A DNA stretch of 64,000 bases from Deltaproteobacteria bacterium (GTDB lineage Bacteria > Myxococcota_A > UBA9160 > SMWR01), in the NCBI GenBank assembly GCA_019310965.1, contig JAFDDG010000030.1, positions 2,390 through 66,389 of the forward strand, in the 5' to 3' direction. Shown in pieces: positions 37,328 to 46,362 of the stretch. Positions within the stretch are counted from its first letter, which is position 1. The number at the start of each line of letters is the position of its first letter. The notes beneath the pieces are model-generated. The model was not told the origin of the DNA. It did not search any database and worked only from the letters and a program-made list of their open reading frames with translations. The translations under genes and the position numbers were made by a program.

Positions 37328-38757
37328 GCGATAGCTGGGCACTGGGTCTCCTGATGTTCGCGATCCCCGCCGCGGGGTGGGCACTGCTCTGCCTGCTGCG
37401 CTGTCGCATCACCTCAGTGCCTCTGGGCTGGGCGCTGGCCGTGGCCGCGGGCTTCGCGGCGATCGCACTGTCTTCGTATCTGCCGTTCGTGGCAACGGGC
37501 AGAGTGACCTTCTGGCCCGCACTCGCAGTGGTCGCCGGCGGCGCCGTATGGACGCTCGGCAGCGCCATCGGCAGCTGGCGCCGCAGCGCGGCGCTGCTGC
37601 GCAACCCCTTCTGGGTCGGTCTGGCGGTGCTTGGCGTCGTTCTCGTTTTCTGTGCGCGCACAGCGCCCTTTTGGGGGTACGACGCCAAAGCCATCTACGG
37701 CATCAAGGCCAAGGCCCTGCTGCACGAGCGCAACCTGGAGGGGCCGATATTCCAGGATTCCGACGTAATCCACTATCACGCCGACTACCCGCTGGGTCTG
37801 CCACTCATCATGGCGTTCTCGGGCTGGGTGACGGCGGGCGATCCCGAGGACCCGACGGGCGCCGAGCCCGCGCTGACGATCGCCGGGTGGCTCCGGCGTC
37901 ACGGCTCGGTAAGCGCGTATTCGAGTGTCGCGTGCCTCTGGATCCTCGGGTTGCTGGGCTTCGTCGTCCACTGGGCCCGTGAGTGGACGAGCGGTCGCGT
38001 CCCCATCATCGCACTCAGCGCCATCGCGCTCCCCATCGCCGTCGTGTTTCCGTGGGTCGGGGGTCGCAGCTGGAGCCTCGAGGGCGCGGACATGCCGCTG
38101 GCGCTGACACTCGGCGCCTGCGCCTTCCTGCTGCTGGAAAACCTGCGCACCGCGAACCGCGGCGCCCTCGTAGCCGGCGTGGGTCTCGCAGCGGCCGCGA
38201 TGTTGCTCAAGAGCGAAGCGTCGATCGCGCTGGGTACCTTGCTCGCCGCGGCCGCCCTCTGCCACGGTCCGCGCAAGCTGTGGCGGCCGGCGCTGGCGGT
38301 GGTGCTGGGCGCCGGACTCGCCGGACTCGTCGCCGCGAGCCTCGCGGCGACGACGGCGGGCGCACCGTTCGATGAGCACTACGTCGCGGCCCTGGCCGAC
38401 ATGGACATGGCCCGACTGACACAGCGCGTGCCGCTGCTGCTGCAGTCCACCCGCAGCGTGCTCGAAAAGCGCGAGATGCTGCCTTATTGGGTCTTCGTAT
38501 TGTGCGTGGCAGTGCCGTGGTGCCTACGCTTCGGGGGCACCACGCGCGTCTGGGCGCTCTGGGTGCTGGGCCACTTATTCGCGACGCTGGCGGTCTTTCT
38601 CGTGACCCCGAACAGCGTCACCTGGCACGTCACCACAGCCTTGCCGCGCCTTTGGTGCCACGTGGCGGTCCCCGCCTCGGCCATCGTCGTCTGCACGGTC
38701 GCGAGCGCCTGGAGCCAGCTGGTGCGGGTCGCCGAGCCGCCGGCGCGCCCGAGCTAG
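37324..38757 (+). CDS. Polytopic membrane protein, possibly GT-C / polymerase-like
   Basis: ATG 37324 in ORF 36787..38757. I judged at least 10 hydrophobic segments by eye. A loop reads FWGYDAKAIYGIKAKALL. The function call is tentative. Confidence 0.45.
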   Translation: MSDSWALGLLMFAIPAAGWALLCLLRCRITSVPLGWALAVAAGFAAIALSSYLPFVATGRVTFWPALAVVAGGAVWTLGSAIGSWRRSAALLRNPFWVGLAVLGVVLVFCARTAPFWGYDAKAIYGIKAKALLHERNLEGPIFQDSDVIHYHADYPLGLPLIMAFSGWVTAGDPEDPTGAEPALTIAGWLRRHGSVSAYSSVACLWILGLLGFVVHWAREWTSGRVPIIALSAIALPIAVVFPWVGGRSWSLEGADMPLALTLGACAFLLLENLRTANRGALVAGVGLAAAAMLLKSEASIALGTLLAAAALCHGPRKLWRPALAVVLGAGLAGLVAASLAATTAGAPFDEHYVAALADMDMARLTQRVPLLLQSTRSVLEKREMLPYWVFVLCVAVPWCLRFGGTTRVWALWVLGHLFATLAVFLVTPNSVTWHVTTALPRLWCHVAVPASAIVVCTVASAWSQLVRVAEPPARPS

Positions 38758-38830
38758 CGGGCTGCTGAAATAGCTCGTCGCGCTTGGCCATGGTCGGGGG
38801 CGAAGGCGGTGTCGTGCTCATGCGCCGGAG

Positions 38831-41164
38831 TCAGAGCTCGCCTTCCGGATCCAACTCCTCTTCGTCGCGGAATCCCTTCTCGACCCGCCGCTGGAGATAG
38901 CCGGCGTGGTTCTCGATGGGCGTCACCGTGTACTGCATCCGCACCGGAGCGGAGGGAGGCGGATCCATCTCGATCCGGGCGAGCTGGATACCCTGGGGTG
39001 GGCGATCGCCGGCACGCTTGATCTCGAAGCGACGTTTGCGGAAGATGAGCTCCGCCTCACCCGGCTCGGCCAGCTTTGCACGAGTGCGCACGCTCGACCG
39101 CGTAACCGGAATGTCACTGGCCAGCGTGTAACGCAGCTTGAAGACCTGCTGCGGTTCGAGGTGGATCCACGACGTCAGCACGAACCGCTGCTTGCCAACA
39201 TTCACGCGATGGTTCAAGACGACGGGAGTCGGCCCGCGGGACTCTACCTCGATGTCGACCTCGACCCACTCGTCGGGTTCGATCGCGAGCTGGGAGACAC
39301 TCTGGACCCAGAGCCATTCCGGCTGAGGCACGGTGACCACGCGCTGCGCGATGAGCGGCACCTGCAGAGCCGCACTGGCGGTGGGCGGCAGGCTGCGTTG
39401 CCCCATGTCACGGACCGTCTCCGCAAAGCGCTCGTCGTCGTGGATCCGGCGCAGACGCGGACCGAAGATCTTGCCACCCGGTGCCTGGTAGTGCGCACAG
39501 CGCCGCCCCTCCTGCTTGCATTGTACGAGCGTACCGTCGGGCTTGAGCCCCCCCACCATGCGATCATTCAGATTGCCATAGAACAGGACGCGCCCGCGAT
39601 CGTACGTGCGGAAGATGCTGCGCCCGAAGAAATCCAGGCCCCGGTGATCGATCCCGAGGTAGTCGACCACGGACAGCGCAACGTCGCTCTGAGCGAACGG
39701 CTCTCCGACGACGCGCCGCTCGCGTTCCGGCAGCATGGCCACGAGAAAACCCCAGTTCTGACTCAGCAGGGCCGCGGTGCCATCCTCGAGTTCGCCAAAA
39801 CTGCCACGCGACTCGTCCGAGGTGACGAGAATCAACGTGTCTTCGCGCAGCCCCCGCGCGTCCAATGCCTGGAAGAATCTCATCAACGCATCGTCGAGAT
39901 AGGAGAACGCGCGGCGCACGTCCGTGCGGTACGGCGACTCGTAGGAAGGCGGAACGACGAACGGATGGTGCGTGCCCGCATTCAACAGGGTGAGGAACCA
40001 CGGCTCGTCGCGTGCCTCGAGCTCGTCGAGCTTCGTGAGTGCCTGCTCGAAAAAGGCGCGATCGTCGACGCCCCACTCCGTGCGATGATAGGCGCGTTGA
40101 AACCATCCATCGCCGAGCGTCTCGTCGAAACCTATCGCCGGCATGAAGCTGTCCTTCTGCATGAAACCGAGCGGAGCCGTCTGGAGATAAACGGTGTGGT
40201 AGCCGTGTGCGGCCAGCACGCCGGGCAGGCAACGGCGCCAGGGCCGGCCCGCCGCCACGGCCATCTTCGGCGTGCCCGCCAGCAGCCGCGGATACTCGCC
40301 ACAGAGAAGCGAGTACAGGCCGCGATTGGTGCGGCGGTTGTGCGTGAAGAAGGTGGCATAGCCGACGTTCTGGGCGAAGCGTTGATCGAGCAGGGGCATC
40401 CGATTGCGGGGGCTGCGCCCTTGATACTTCGCTGCCGTATCCAGGTAATTGCCCGACACCGACTCGAGCACGATCAGCAGCACGTTCTTTCCCCGACCGT
40501 CGACCGGAAAGGCGCGTGGCGCATCGAGATCGGCGCCGACAGCGGGAACCAGGTCACGCATCGCCGACACCGACGTGGCGAAATCGTTGGCATCGCTGCG
40601 CCCGGCCAGCCAGTCGGTGTTGTAGGCAATGACGTTCTCCTGACGCCATGTGGAGCGCGTCACGTCCACTGGCCACAGCAGCACGCCCCCGAGCAGAAAA
40701 CCGCCCAGCAAGAGCGGAGCCACGGCATCCCGGAGCGCCGCCGTTCTCAGACCCCAGGCTGCCAGCCCGAACGAGGCGAGCACCCCGGCAGCGAGTGCCA
40801 GCGGGTGCATCAGGGCGAGCGCCGAGCCTCGCACGAACGTCGGGGCGTCGAAGTACTTGAGGTCCAGAGGCGAAGCGATCATCCCCAGGGCCTGAACCGT
40901 TTCAAAGTTCGCGTAGTAGCCGAGTGCGAGCAACGCGGCGCACACCGCCGCCGGCCAGCGCGAGATGCGCCCCAACGACAAGAGGAACGCGAGCGTCAGC
41001 GCTGCGATCGCCGCATCGGCAACGAAACCCCGCAAGTCCGCCACGCCGACGACCGCTGACACTTCGGCCATGGCGAGCGCGCGGTAGGCCCAGGGCGCGA
41101 GCAGCACCGCAAGAACGGCTGCAGCGCGGCGCTTCGTCCTGCGTTCGTTCGGTCCGGGCGCCAC
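38831..41164 (-). CDS. LtaS/OpgB-like membrane phosphotransferase, paralog of 28252..30546
   Basis: GTG 41164 in ORF 38831..41389, chosen by alignment with the paralog N-terminus. Recognisable strings are NVLLIVLESVSG, THNRRTNRGLYSLLCGE and LNAGTHHPFVVP. A shared C-terminal string is LRYTLAS. Confidence 0.7.
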   Translation of the reverse strand: MAPGPNERRTKRRAAAVLAVLLAPWAYRALAMAEVSAVVGVADLRGFVADAAIAALTLAFLLSLGRISRWPAAVCAALLALGYYANFETVQALGMIASPLDLKYFDAPTFVRGSALALMHPLALAAGVLASFGLAAWGLRTAALRDAVAPLLLGGFLLGGVLLWPVDVTRSTWRQENVIAYNTDWLAGRSDANDFATSVSAMRDLVPAVGADLDAPRAFPVDGRGKNVLLIVLESVSGNYLDTAAKYQGRSPRNRMPLLDQRFAQNVGYATFFTHNRRTNRGLYSLLCGEYPRLLAGTPKMAVAAGRPWRRCLPGVLAAHGYHTVYLQTAPLGFMQKDSFMPAIGFDETLGDGWFQRAYHRTEWGVDDRAFFEQALTKLDELEARDEPWFLTLLNAGTHHPFVVPPSYESPYRTDVRRAFSYLDDALMRFFQALDARGLREDTLILVTSDESRGSFGELEDGTAALLSQNWGFLVAMLPERERRVVGEPFAQSDVALSVVDYLGIDHRGLDFFGRSIFRTYDRGRVLFYGNLNDRMVGGLKPDGTLVQCKQEGRRCAHYQAPGGKIFGPRLRRIHDDERFAETVRDMGQRSLPPTASAALQVPLIAQRVVTVPQPEWLWVQSVSQLAIEPDEWVEVDIEVESRGPTPVVLNHRVNVGKQRFVLTSWIHLEPQQVFKLRYTLASDIPVTRSSVRTRAKLAEPGEAELIFRKRRFEIKRAGDRPPQGIQLARIEMDPPPSAPVRMQYTVTPIENHAGYLQRRVEKGFRDEEELDPEGEL

Positions 41165-41261
41165 GCGGTCACGATAGCACCCGATGGGAAGAGCAAGCCC
41201 ACGCCAAACGTGCGCTCCGACATCGTGCGACACGATGGTGCCAGCGTTACCCTCCGACCGC

Positions 41262-42572
41262 ATGCAGGGCTGGGTTTCCGACGACGCGGCAGAGAGCGAG
41301 GCCGCACAGCAGCGGCTGCGGACGGCCATCCGCACGAACCGATGGATCATCGCCGCCCTCGTGGTGGCTGTGGCGTCGCCGCTCTTCATTCACTACACGG
41401 GCTTCAAACCGGCGAAAGAACTCTCGGGACTCACCTACCCGAAGATCTTCAAGTACTCGTATCGCACGACGCCGGGCCGGGCGCCGCATCACGGCATCGA
41501 CTTCAGCCAGATCTGGCTTTCGGCGGGCAGGCTGTCGGCGGGCCAGCCGGTCTACCATCCGGTCGACAAAGCGAAATGGCGACGGAGGTGGAGCTCCACC
41601 TACCACCCGGTCATCCACTGGCTCTACGTACCACTGGGCAGGGTCGCTTTTCCAACAGCTCTCGTCGTACACAACCTGGCGGGGATCGGACTGCTGTTGC
41701 TGGTTTCCGCCCTGGCGTTGCGCCGCGCCGGCTGCACGCAGGCAATCCCGAGCGTCCTCGTGGCAATCCTGGCGGCGATGTACCTGACCCCGGTTGGGCT
41801 CTTCCACCTGGAACGCGGGCAGCTGGACGTGTTCGTCGCTGCCTCCATCGTCTGTGTGGTGACCGCTTTCGTGCGTGGCGGTTCGGCCTGGGCGATCGCG
41901 GCTGGCGCGATCTCGATGCTCAAGGTACAGGCCTGGATCTTCGTGGGCTTTTTCTGGCTGGTGGCCGCCGCGCTCTGGGGTTTGCGCGATCGCAATGTCT
42001 GGTGGGTACCTGCCACCATCCTCGGCCTCAACCTGATCTTCCTGTATCAGGTGATCGACTGGGTGCCGTCGTTTCTCTACGTTGCGAACAATACGTCCTA
42101 CTTCGGTCCGACTTTCACGCGGATCCTTCCCAGATGGTTCGCGTTCGGCCTGCCGTTCGTCAGCACGGCCCTCGTGGGAGTGTGCGCCTACGCCGCGCTT
42201 GCGGCGCGCGGACAGCTCGCGGACACAGATGCGCGCCGACAGCTGCTGGCGCGCATCTCATTTCCCTTCGCCGCGGCGCTGACGTTGCAGACCGTCTGCG
42301 GCACACCCGTCACTCACGACTACCGCCTGATCGCATTGCTCGGCCTACTGCCGGTACTGGCAACCTGGTGCGCCCGAGGCGAAGGAGTGCCCGCGTGGTT
42401 GAGGCGCGCGAGCTGCATCGGATTCGGGTTGATGCTGATGTTCGCCCTGCGCGTCGCCCCACTGACGACACTCTCGTTTCTCAACGTCGCGCAGCTCCTG
42501 CTGGCCTTCTCGCTGTTGTTCTTGCTCGCGACGTTGACTCTGGCGGTCCGGCGCGGCACCACTTCTGCCTGA
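41262..42572 (+). CDS. DUF2029 / GT87-like polytopic glycosyltransferase
   Basis: ATG 41262 (alternative 41235) in ORF 41184..42572. The loop motif is GIDFSQIWLSAGRLSAGQPVY. There are many TM helices. Confidence 0.5.
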   Translation: MQGWVSDDAAESEAAQQRLRTAIRTNRWIIAALVVAVASPLFIHYTGFKPAKELSGLTYPKIFKYSYRTTPGRAPHHGIDFSQIWLSAGRLSAGQPVYHPVDKAKWRRRWSSTYHPVIHWLYVPLGRVAFPTALVVHNLAGIGLLLLVSALALRRAGCTQAIPSVLVAILAAMYLTPVGLFHLERGQLDVFVAASIVCVVTAFVRGGSAWAIAAGAISMLKVQAWIFVGFFWLVAAALWGLRDRNVWWVPATILGLNLIFLYQVIDWVPSFLYVANNTSYFGPTFTRILPRWFAFGLPFVSTALVGVCAYAALAARGQLADTDARRQLLARISFPFAAALTLQTVCGTPVTHDYRLIALLGLLPVLATWCARGEGVPAWLRRASCIGFGLMLMFALRVAPLTTLSFLNVAQLLLAFSLLFLLATLTLAVRRGTTSA

Positions 42573-42673
42573 TACGAGGCGCAGCATCGCCGCGGCCCAG
42601 CCCCGAGGCATCCGCGCTACACTGCGTGCCCTCCACCGGCGGCGCGCCGGCCAACGAGAATCAGGAGCAGCAG

Positions 42674-43117
42674 ATGGCGAAGCCGCGGAAGCCGGCGGTC
42701 GAAGGTTGGTTCACGATGGACGAGGCAGCGCCCGAGCTGATCGGCGTGCGCGGCAAGCAGACCGGGAGCTACTTCTTCCCGCCCAGCGGCGCCATCGCCG
42801 CCGACCCCAGCGCTCCGTTCGAAGAGCGCGAAGAGGTGAAGCTCTCGCGTCGCGGCCGGGTCTGGTCCTGGACCACGGGCAACTACAAGCCGCCGGCGCC
42901 CTATATCGCGCCGGAGCCCTTCGAGCCCTACTCCGTGGTGGCCGTCGAACTCAATGAAGAGAAGATGGTGATTCTCGGGCAGCTCGCCGACGGCTACAGC
43001 CCGGACGACATCTCGCTCGGCCAGGAGATGGAGCTGGTGCTCGGCACGCTCTTCGAGGACGACGAGAACGAGTACCTGATCTGGAAGTGGCGCCCGGCCG
43101 ACGCGGCGACCGCCTGA
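42674..43117 (+). CDS. DUF35-like OB-fold protein (no Cys4 zinc ribbon visible)
   Basis: ATG 42674 in the frame of ORF 41210..43117, 147 aa. Recognisable strings are GSYFFPP, GRVWSWTT and YSVVAVELNEEKMVILGQL. Confidence 0.4.
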   Translation: MAKPRKPAVEGWFTMDEAAPELIGVRGKQTGSYFFPPSGAIAADPSAPFEEREEVKLSRRGRVWSWTTGNYKPPAPYIAPEPFEPYSVVAVELNEEKMVILGQLADGYSPDDISLGQEMELVLGTLFEDDENEYLIWKWRPADAATA

Positions 43118-43130
43118 GACGAGCCCGCCC

Positions 43131-44798
43131 ATGAGCGGCGACGACTTCCTGTTGGAGCGCCACCCGGGCTTTGCCGGTGTCGAGGGCCCGGTGGTCGTCT
43201 GCGTGATGGACGGCGTCGGCATCGGCCGGCGCGACACGGGCGATGCGGTGTGGCAGGCGCGCACGCCGCACCTGGACTGGTTGGCTGCCAACGCGCCGAC
43301 GACGGCACTCGCGGCGCACGGCATCGCCGTCGGCATGCCCAGCAACGACGACATGGGCAACAGCGAGGTCGGCCACAATGCCATCGGCGCCGGCCGCATC
43401 TTCGACCAGGGTGCGAAGCTCGTGCAGCAGGCGATCCGCGCGGAGACGCTCTTCGAAGGTGAAACCGGGGCGGTGTGGCAAGCGCTGACGGAGCGGGTGC
43501 GCGAGAGCGGCGAAGCCTTCCACTTCATCGGACTGCTCTCGGACGGCAACGTGCACAGCCATATCCAGCACTTGTTCGCCCTGCTCCAGCGCTGCGACCG
43601 GGAAGAGGTGCGCAAGGTCCGCGTGCACATCCTGATGGACGGCCGCGACGTTCCCGAAACCAGTGGGCTGGACTACATCGACGCGCTCGAGGCGCAGCTC
43701 GACACGCTGAACGAGAAGGGCGACCGCGACTACCGCATCGCTTCGGGCGGCGGGCGCATGGTCGTGACCATGGATCGCTACGAGGCGGATTGGGCCGTCG
43801 TGGAGCGCGGCTGGCAGACCCACGTCCACGGTCAGGCCCGCGGCTTTGCCAGCGCACGCCAGGCGATCCAGACCCTGCGCAGCGAAGAGCCGGGCATCGG
43901 CGACCAGAACCTGCCGCCCTTCGTGATCGACGGCGACGACGGCAAGCCGCTCGGGCCGATCGGCGACGGGGCCTCGGTGGTGCTCTTCAACTTCCGCGGC
44001 GACCGCGCCATCGAAATCAGCCGCGCCTTCGAAGCAGACGACTTCGACGGCTTCGACCGCGGCACCCGCCCGAAGGTCGGCTACGCCGGCATGATGGAGT
44101 ACGACGGCGACCTGCAGGTGCCGAGCCAGTATCTGGTGGCCCCGCCGGCGATCGACCGAACCCTCGGAGAGCACCTGGCCCGCAATGGCATTCACCAACT
44201 CGCCATCAGCGAGACGCAGAAGTACGGCCACGTCACCTATTTCTGGAACGGCAACCGCAGCAGCAGCTTCGACGACGACCTCGAGCGCTACATCGAAGTG
44301 CCGAGCGACACCCTGCCCTTCGAGGAACGGCCGTGGATGAAGGCCGCCGAGATCACGGACCGGCTGCTCACCGAGCTCGCGACCGGAGGCTACCGCCACG
44401 CACGCGTCAACTTCGCGAACGGTGACATGGTGGGGCACACGGGGCGCTACGAAGCCTCGATCCAGGCGGTGGAAGCCGTCGACCTGCAGCTCGGTCGGCT
44501 GCTCCCGGCGATCCGAGCGCTGAACGGCGCGTTGCTGGTGACGGCGGACCACGGAAACGCGGACGAGATGTTCGAGCTCGACCAGCGGGGAGCGCCCAAG
44601 CTCGACGCCGAGGGCCAGCCGAGGTGCCGCACCAGTCACACGCTGAACGCGGTGCCGCTTCACGTGTTCGCGCCGGGACACGACCTGCGGCTGAAGCCGG
44701 GCCGGAAGGTGGGGCTCGCGAATCTCGCCGCGACCGTTCTCCAGCTGCTCGGCTATGCGGCCCCCGCGGACTATCACGCCTCGCTGCTGGAGGACTGA
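43131..44798 (+). CDS. gpmI: 2,3-bisphosphoglycerate-independent phosphoglycerate mutase, long (plant-like) form
   Basis: ORF 43131..44798, 555 aa. Recognisable strings are VCVMDGVGIG, NDDMGNSEVGHNAIGAGRI, GLLSDGNVHSH, FANGDMVGHTG and TADHGNA. Confidence 0.88.
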   Translation: MSGDDFLLERHPGFAGVEGPVVVCVMDGVGIGRRDTGDAVWQARTPHLDWLAANAPTTALAAHGIAVGMPSNDDMGNSEVGHNAIGAGRIFDQGAKLVQQAIRAETLFEGETGAVWQALTERVRESGEAFHFIGLLSDGNVHSHIQHLFALLQRCDREEVRKVRVHILMDGRDVPETSGLDYIDALEAQLDTLNEKGDRDYRIASGGGRMVVTMDRYEADWAVVERGWQTHVHGQARGFASARQAIQTLRSEEPGIGDQNLPPFVIDGDDGKPLGPIGDGASVVLFNFRGDRAIEISRAFEADDFDGFDRGTRPKVGYAGMMEYDGDLQVPSQYLVAPPAIDRTLGEHLARNGIHQLAISETQKYGHVTYFWNGNRSSSFDDDLERYIEVPSDTLPFEERPWMKAAEITDRLLTELATGGYRHARVNFANGDMVGHTGRYEASIQAVEAVDLQLGRLLPAIRALNGALLVTADHGNADEMFELDQRGAPKLDAEGQPRCRTSHTLNAVPLHVFAPGHDLRLKPGRKVGLANLAATVLQLLGYAAPADYHASLLED

Positions 44799-44802
44799 CG
44801 CT

Positions 44803-46149
44803 TCAGTAGACCCGAACCTCCGCAACCGCCGGTCCACGGCTGCGCACGAAGAGCACCAGGGCGATCGCCACCACCGCGAGCCCACCGGCCAGCCCCCACC
44901 AGATGCCGGCCAGCCCCCAACCCCGGCGCAGCGCCAGCCAACCCCCGATCGGCAGTCCGAGCACCCAGTACCCGAGCAGGTTGAAGAGCGCGGCCGGACG
45001 CACCCGCCCCATGCCGCGCAGGATTCCACAACCCACCACCTGGGTGCCGTCGAAGATCTGGAAGGCGGCCGCGATCGGCAGGACGGCCGCACAGGCGGCA
45101 ATCACGTCGAGCTCGCTCGTGTACAGACGCGGCAGCCACTCCCGCAGCACGACGAAGAGCAGTGCCGAGAGGCACATCACGCCGGCCCCCATTGCAAACG
45201 AAACCCAGGCCGCGCGCTGCGCCGCCGCCGGCTCGCCGGCGCCGAGCAGGTTGCCCACCCGTGTGGCTGCACCCTGGGAGATCCCCAGCGGCAACATGAA
45301 CGCCAACGCGGCCATGTTCAACGCAACCGTATGCGCGGCCAGCGCCACCGCGCCCAAGCGTCCCGCCAGCAACGCCGCTGCCCCAAACGCCCACATTTCG
45401 AGTGACATCTGCACCGCGACGGGGAAACCGATCGCAGCCAGCGCGCCGAGTGCACGCGGGCTCAGCGCAGACCGGCTCCACGCCACCCACGCACCGTCGT
45501 GAAGGCGAAAGATCCGCACGTACGCGATCAGCCCGATGCAGGAAAAGATGCGCGTGATCGTCGTCGCGATGCCGGCACCGAGCAGACCCAGCGCGGGGCT
45601 GCCCAGATGCCCGAAGATCAGCGCCCAGTTGGCGACCACGTTCAGGACATTGGCCACCAGGATCACCCACATGGCGGGCCGCATGTGCTCCCGCGCCTGC
45701 AGATACTGGCGCAGCGCGCTGTACACGAGGAAGAAAGGAATCCCCGGAATCTGGACGAAGGTGTACTCGGCGGCCATCCGTACGAGCTCTGGATCCTGAC
45801 CGCTGAGCAACAGGAAGCGCTCGGTTTCCGTCCACAACCAGGCCACCGCGACGCTGAGCAGCAGCGCCATGCCGACGCCCGTCTGCAGCGCGCGGGCGGC
45901 CCGCTCTTCGTCCCGCGCCCCGTGGGCCTGGGCGACGATCGGATCGAGCCCGAACAACACGCCGCCCATGAACATCAACGTCCCGAAGATCCAGACGTTG
46001 GCCAGGGCCGCCGCCGCCATGGCCTCGACGCTGACGCGGCCGACCATCACGGTGTCGACCACGCCCAGCGCCATCGTGCTGAGCTGGGTCGCTGCCACGG
46101 GCAGTGCCAGGGCGGCCATTTTGCGGATTTCCGAGCGCAGGGCAGACAC
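44803..46149 (-). CDS. MATE family efflux transporter
   Basis: GTG 46149 in ORF 44803..46362. The N-terminus is VSALRSEIRKMAALALPVAATQL. It has 12 TM-like segments and a repeated MATE half. Confidence 0.8.
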   Translation of the reverse strand: MSALRSEIRKMAALALPVAATQLSTMALGVVDTVMVGRVSVEAMAAAALANVWIFGTLMFMGGVLFGLDPIVAQAHGARDEERAARALQTGVGMALLLSVAVAWLWTETERFLLLSGQDPELVRMAAEYTFVQIPGIPFFLVYSALRQYLQAREHMRPAMWVILVANVLNVVANWALIFGHLGSPALGLLGAGIATTITRIFSCIGLIAYVRIFRLHDGAWVAWSRSALSPRALGALAAIGFPVAVQMSLEMWAFGAAALLAGRLGAVALAAHTVALNMAALAFMLPLGISQGAATRVGNLLGAGEPAAAQRAAWVSFAMGAGVMCLSALLFVVLREWLPRLYTSELDVIAACAAVLPIAAAFQIFDGTQVVGCGILRGMGRVRPAALFNLLGYWVLGLPIGGWLALRRGWGLAGIWWGLAGGLAVVAIALVLFVRSRGPAVAEVRVY

Positions 46150-46362
46150 GGCGCGGCTCCTGGTGCGAGCGGCGGAGCTTAGGGCACCGGCGCGCACCGG
46201 CGGGGCGGCGGCAGGGAAGATGCAACTCGGGTCGAAGCGCGCGCAGATGCGGGTGGCAGAGCGGGGGAAGGGATCCGATGCGCTCAAGCGGCACTGCAGG
46301 TCGCCGATACGTGGGTTTCCCCCCACACACAGTGACGTGCGGCCCGGGGAAGGGAGACGCAC

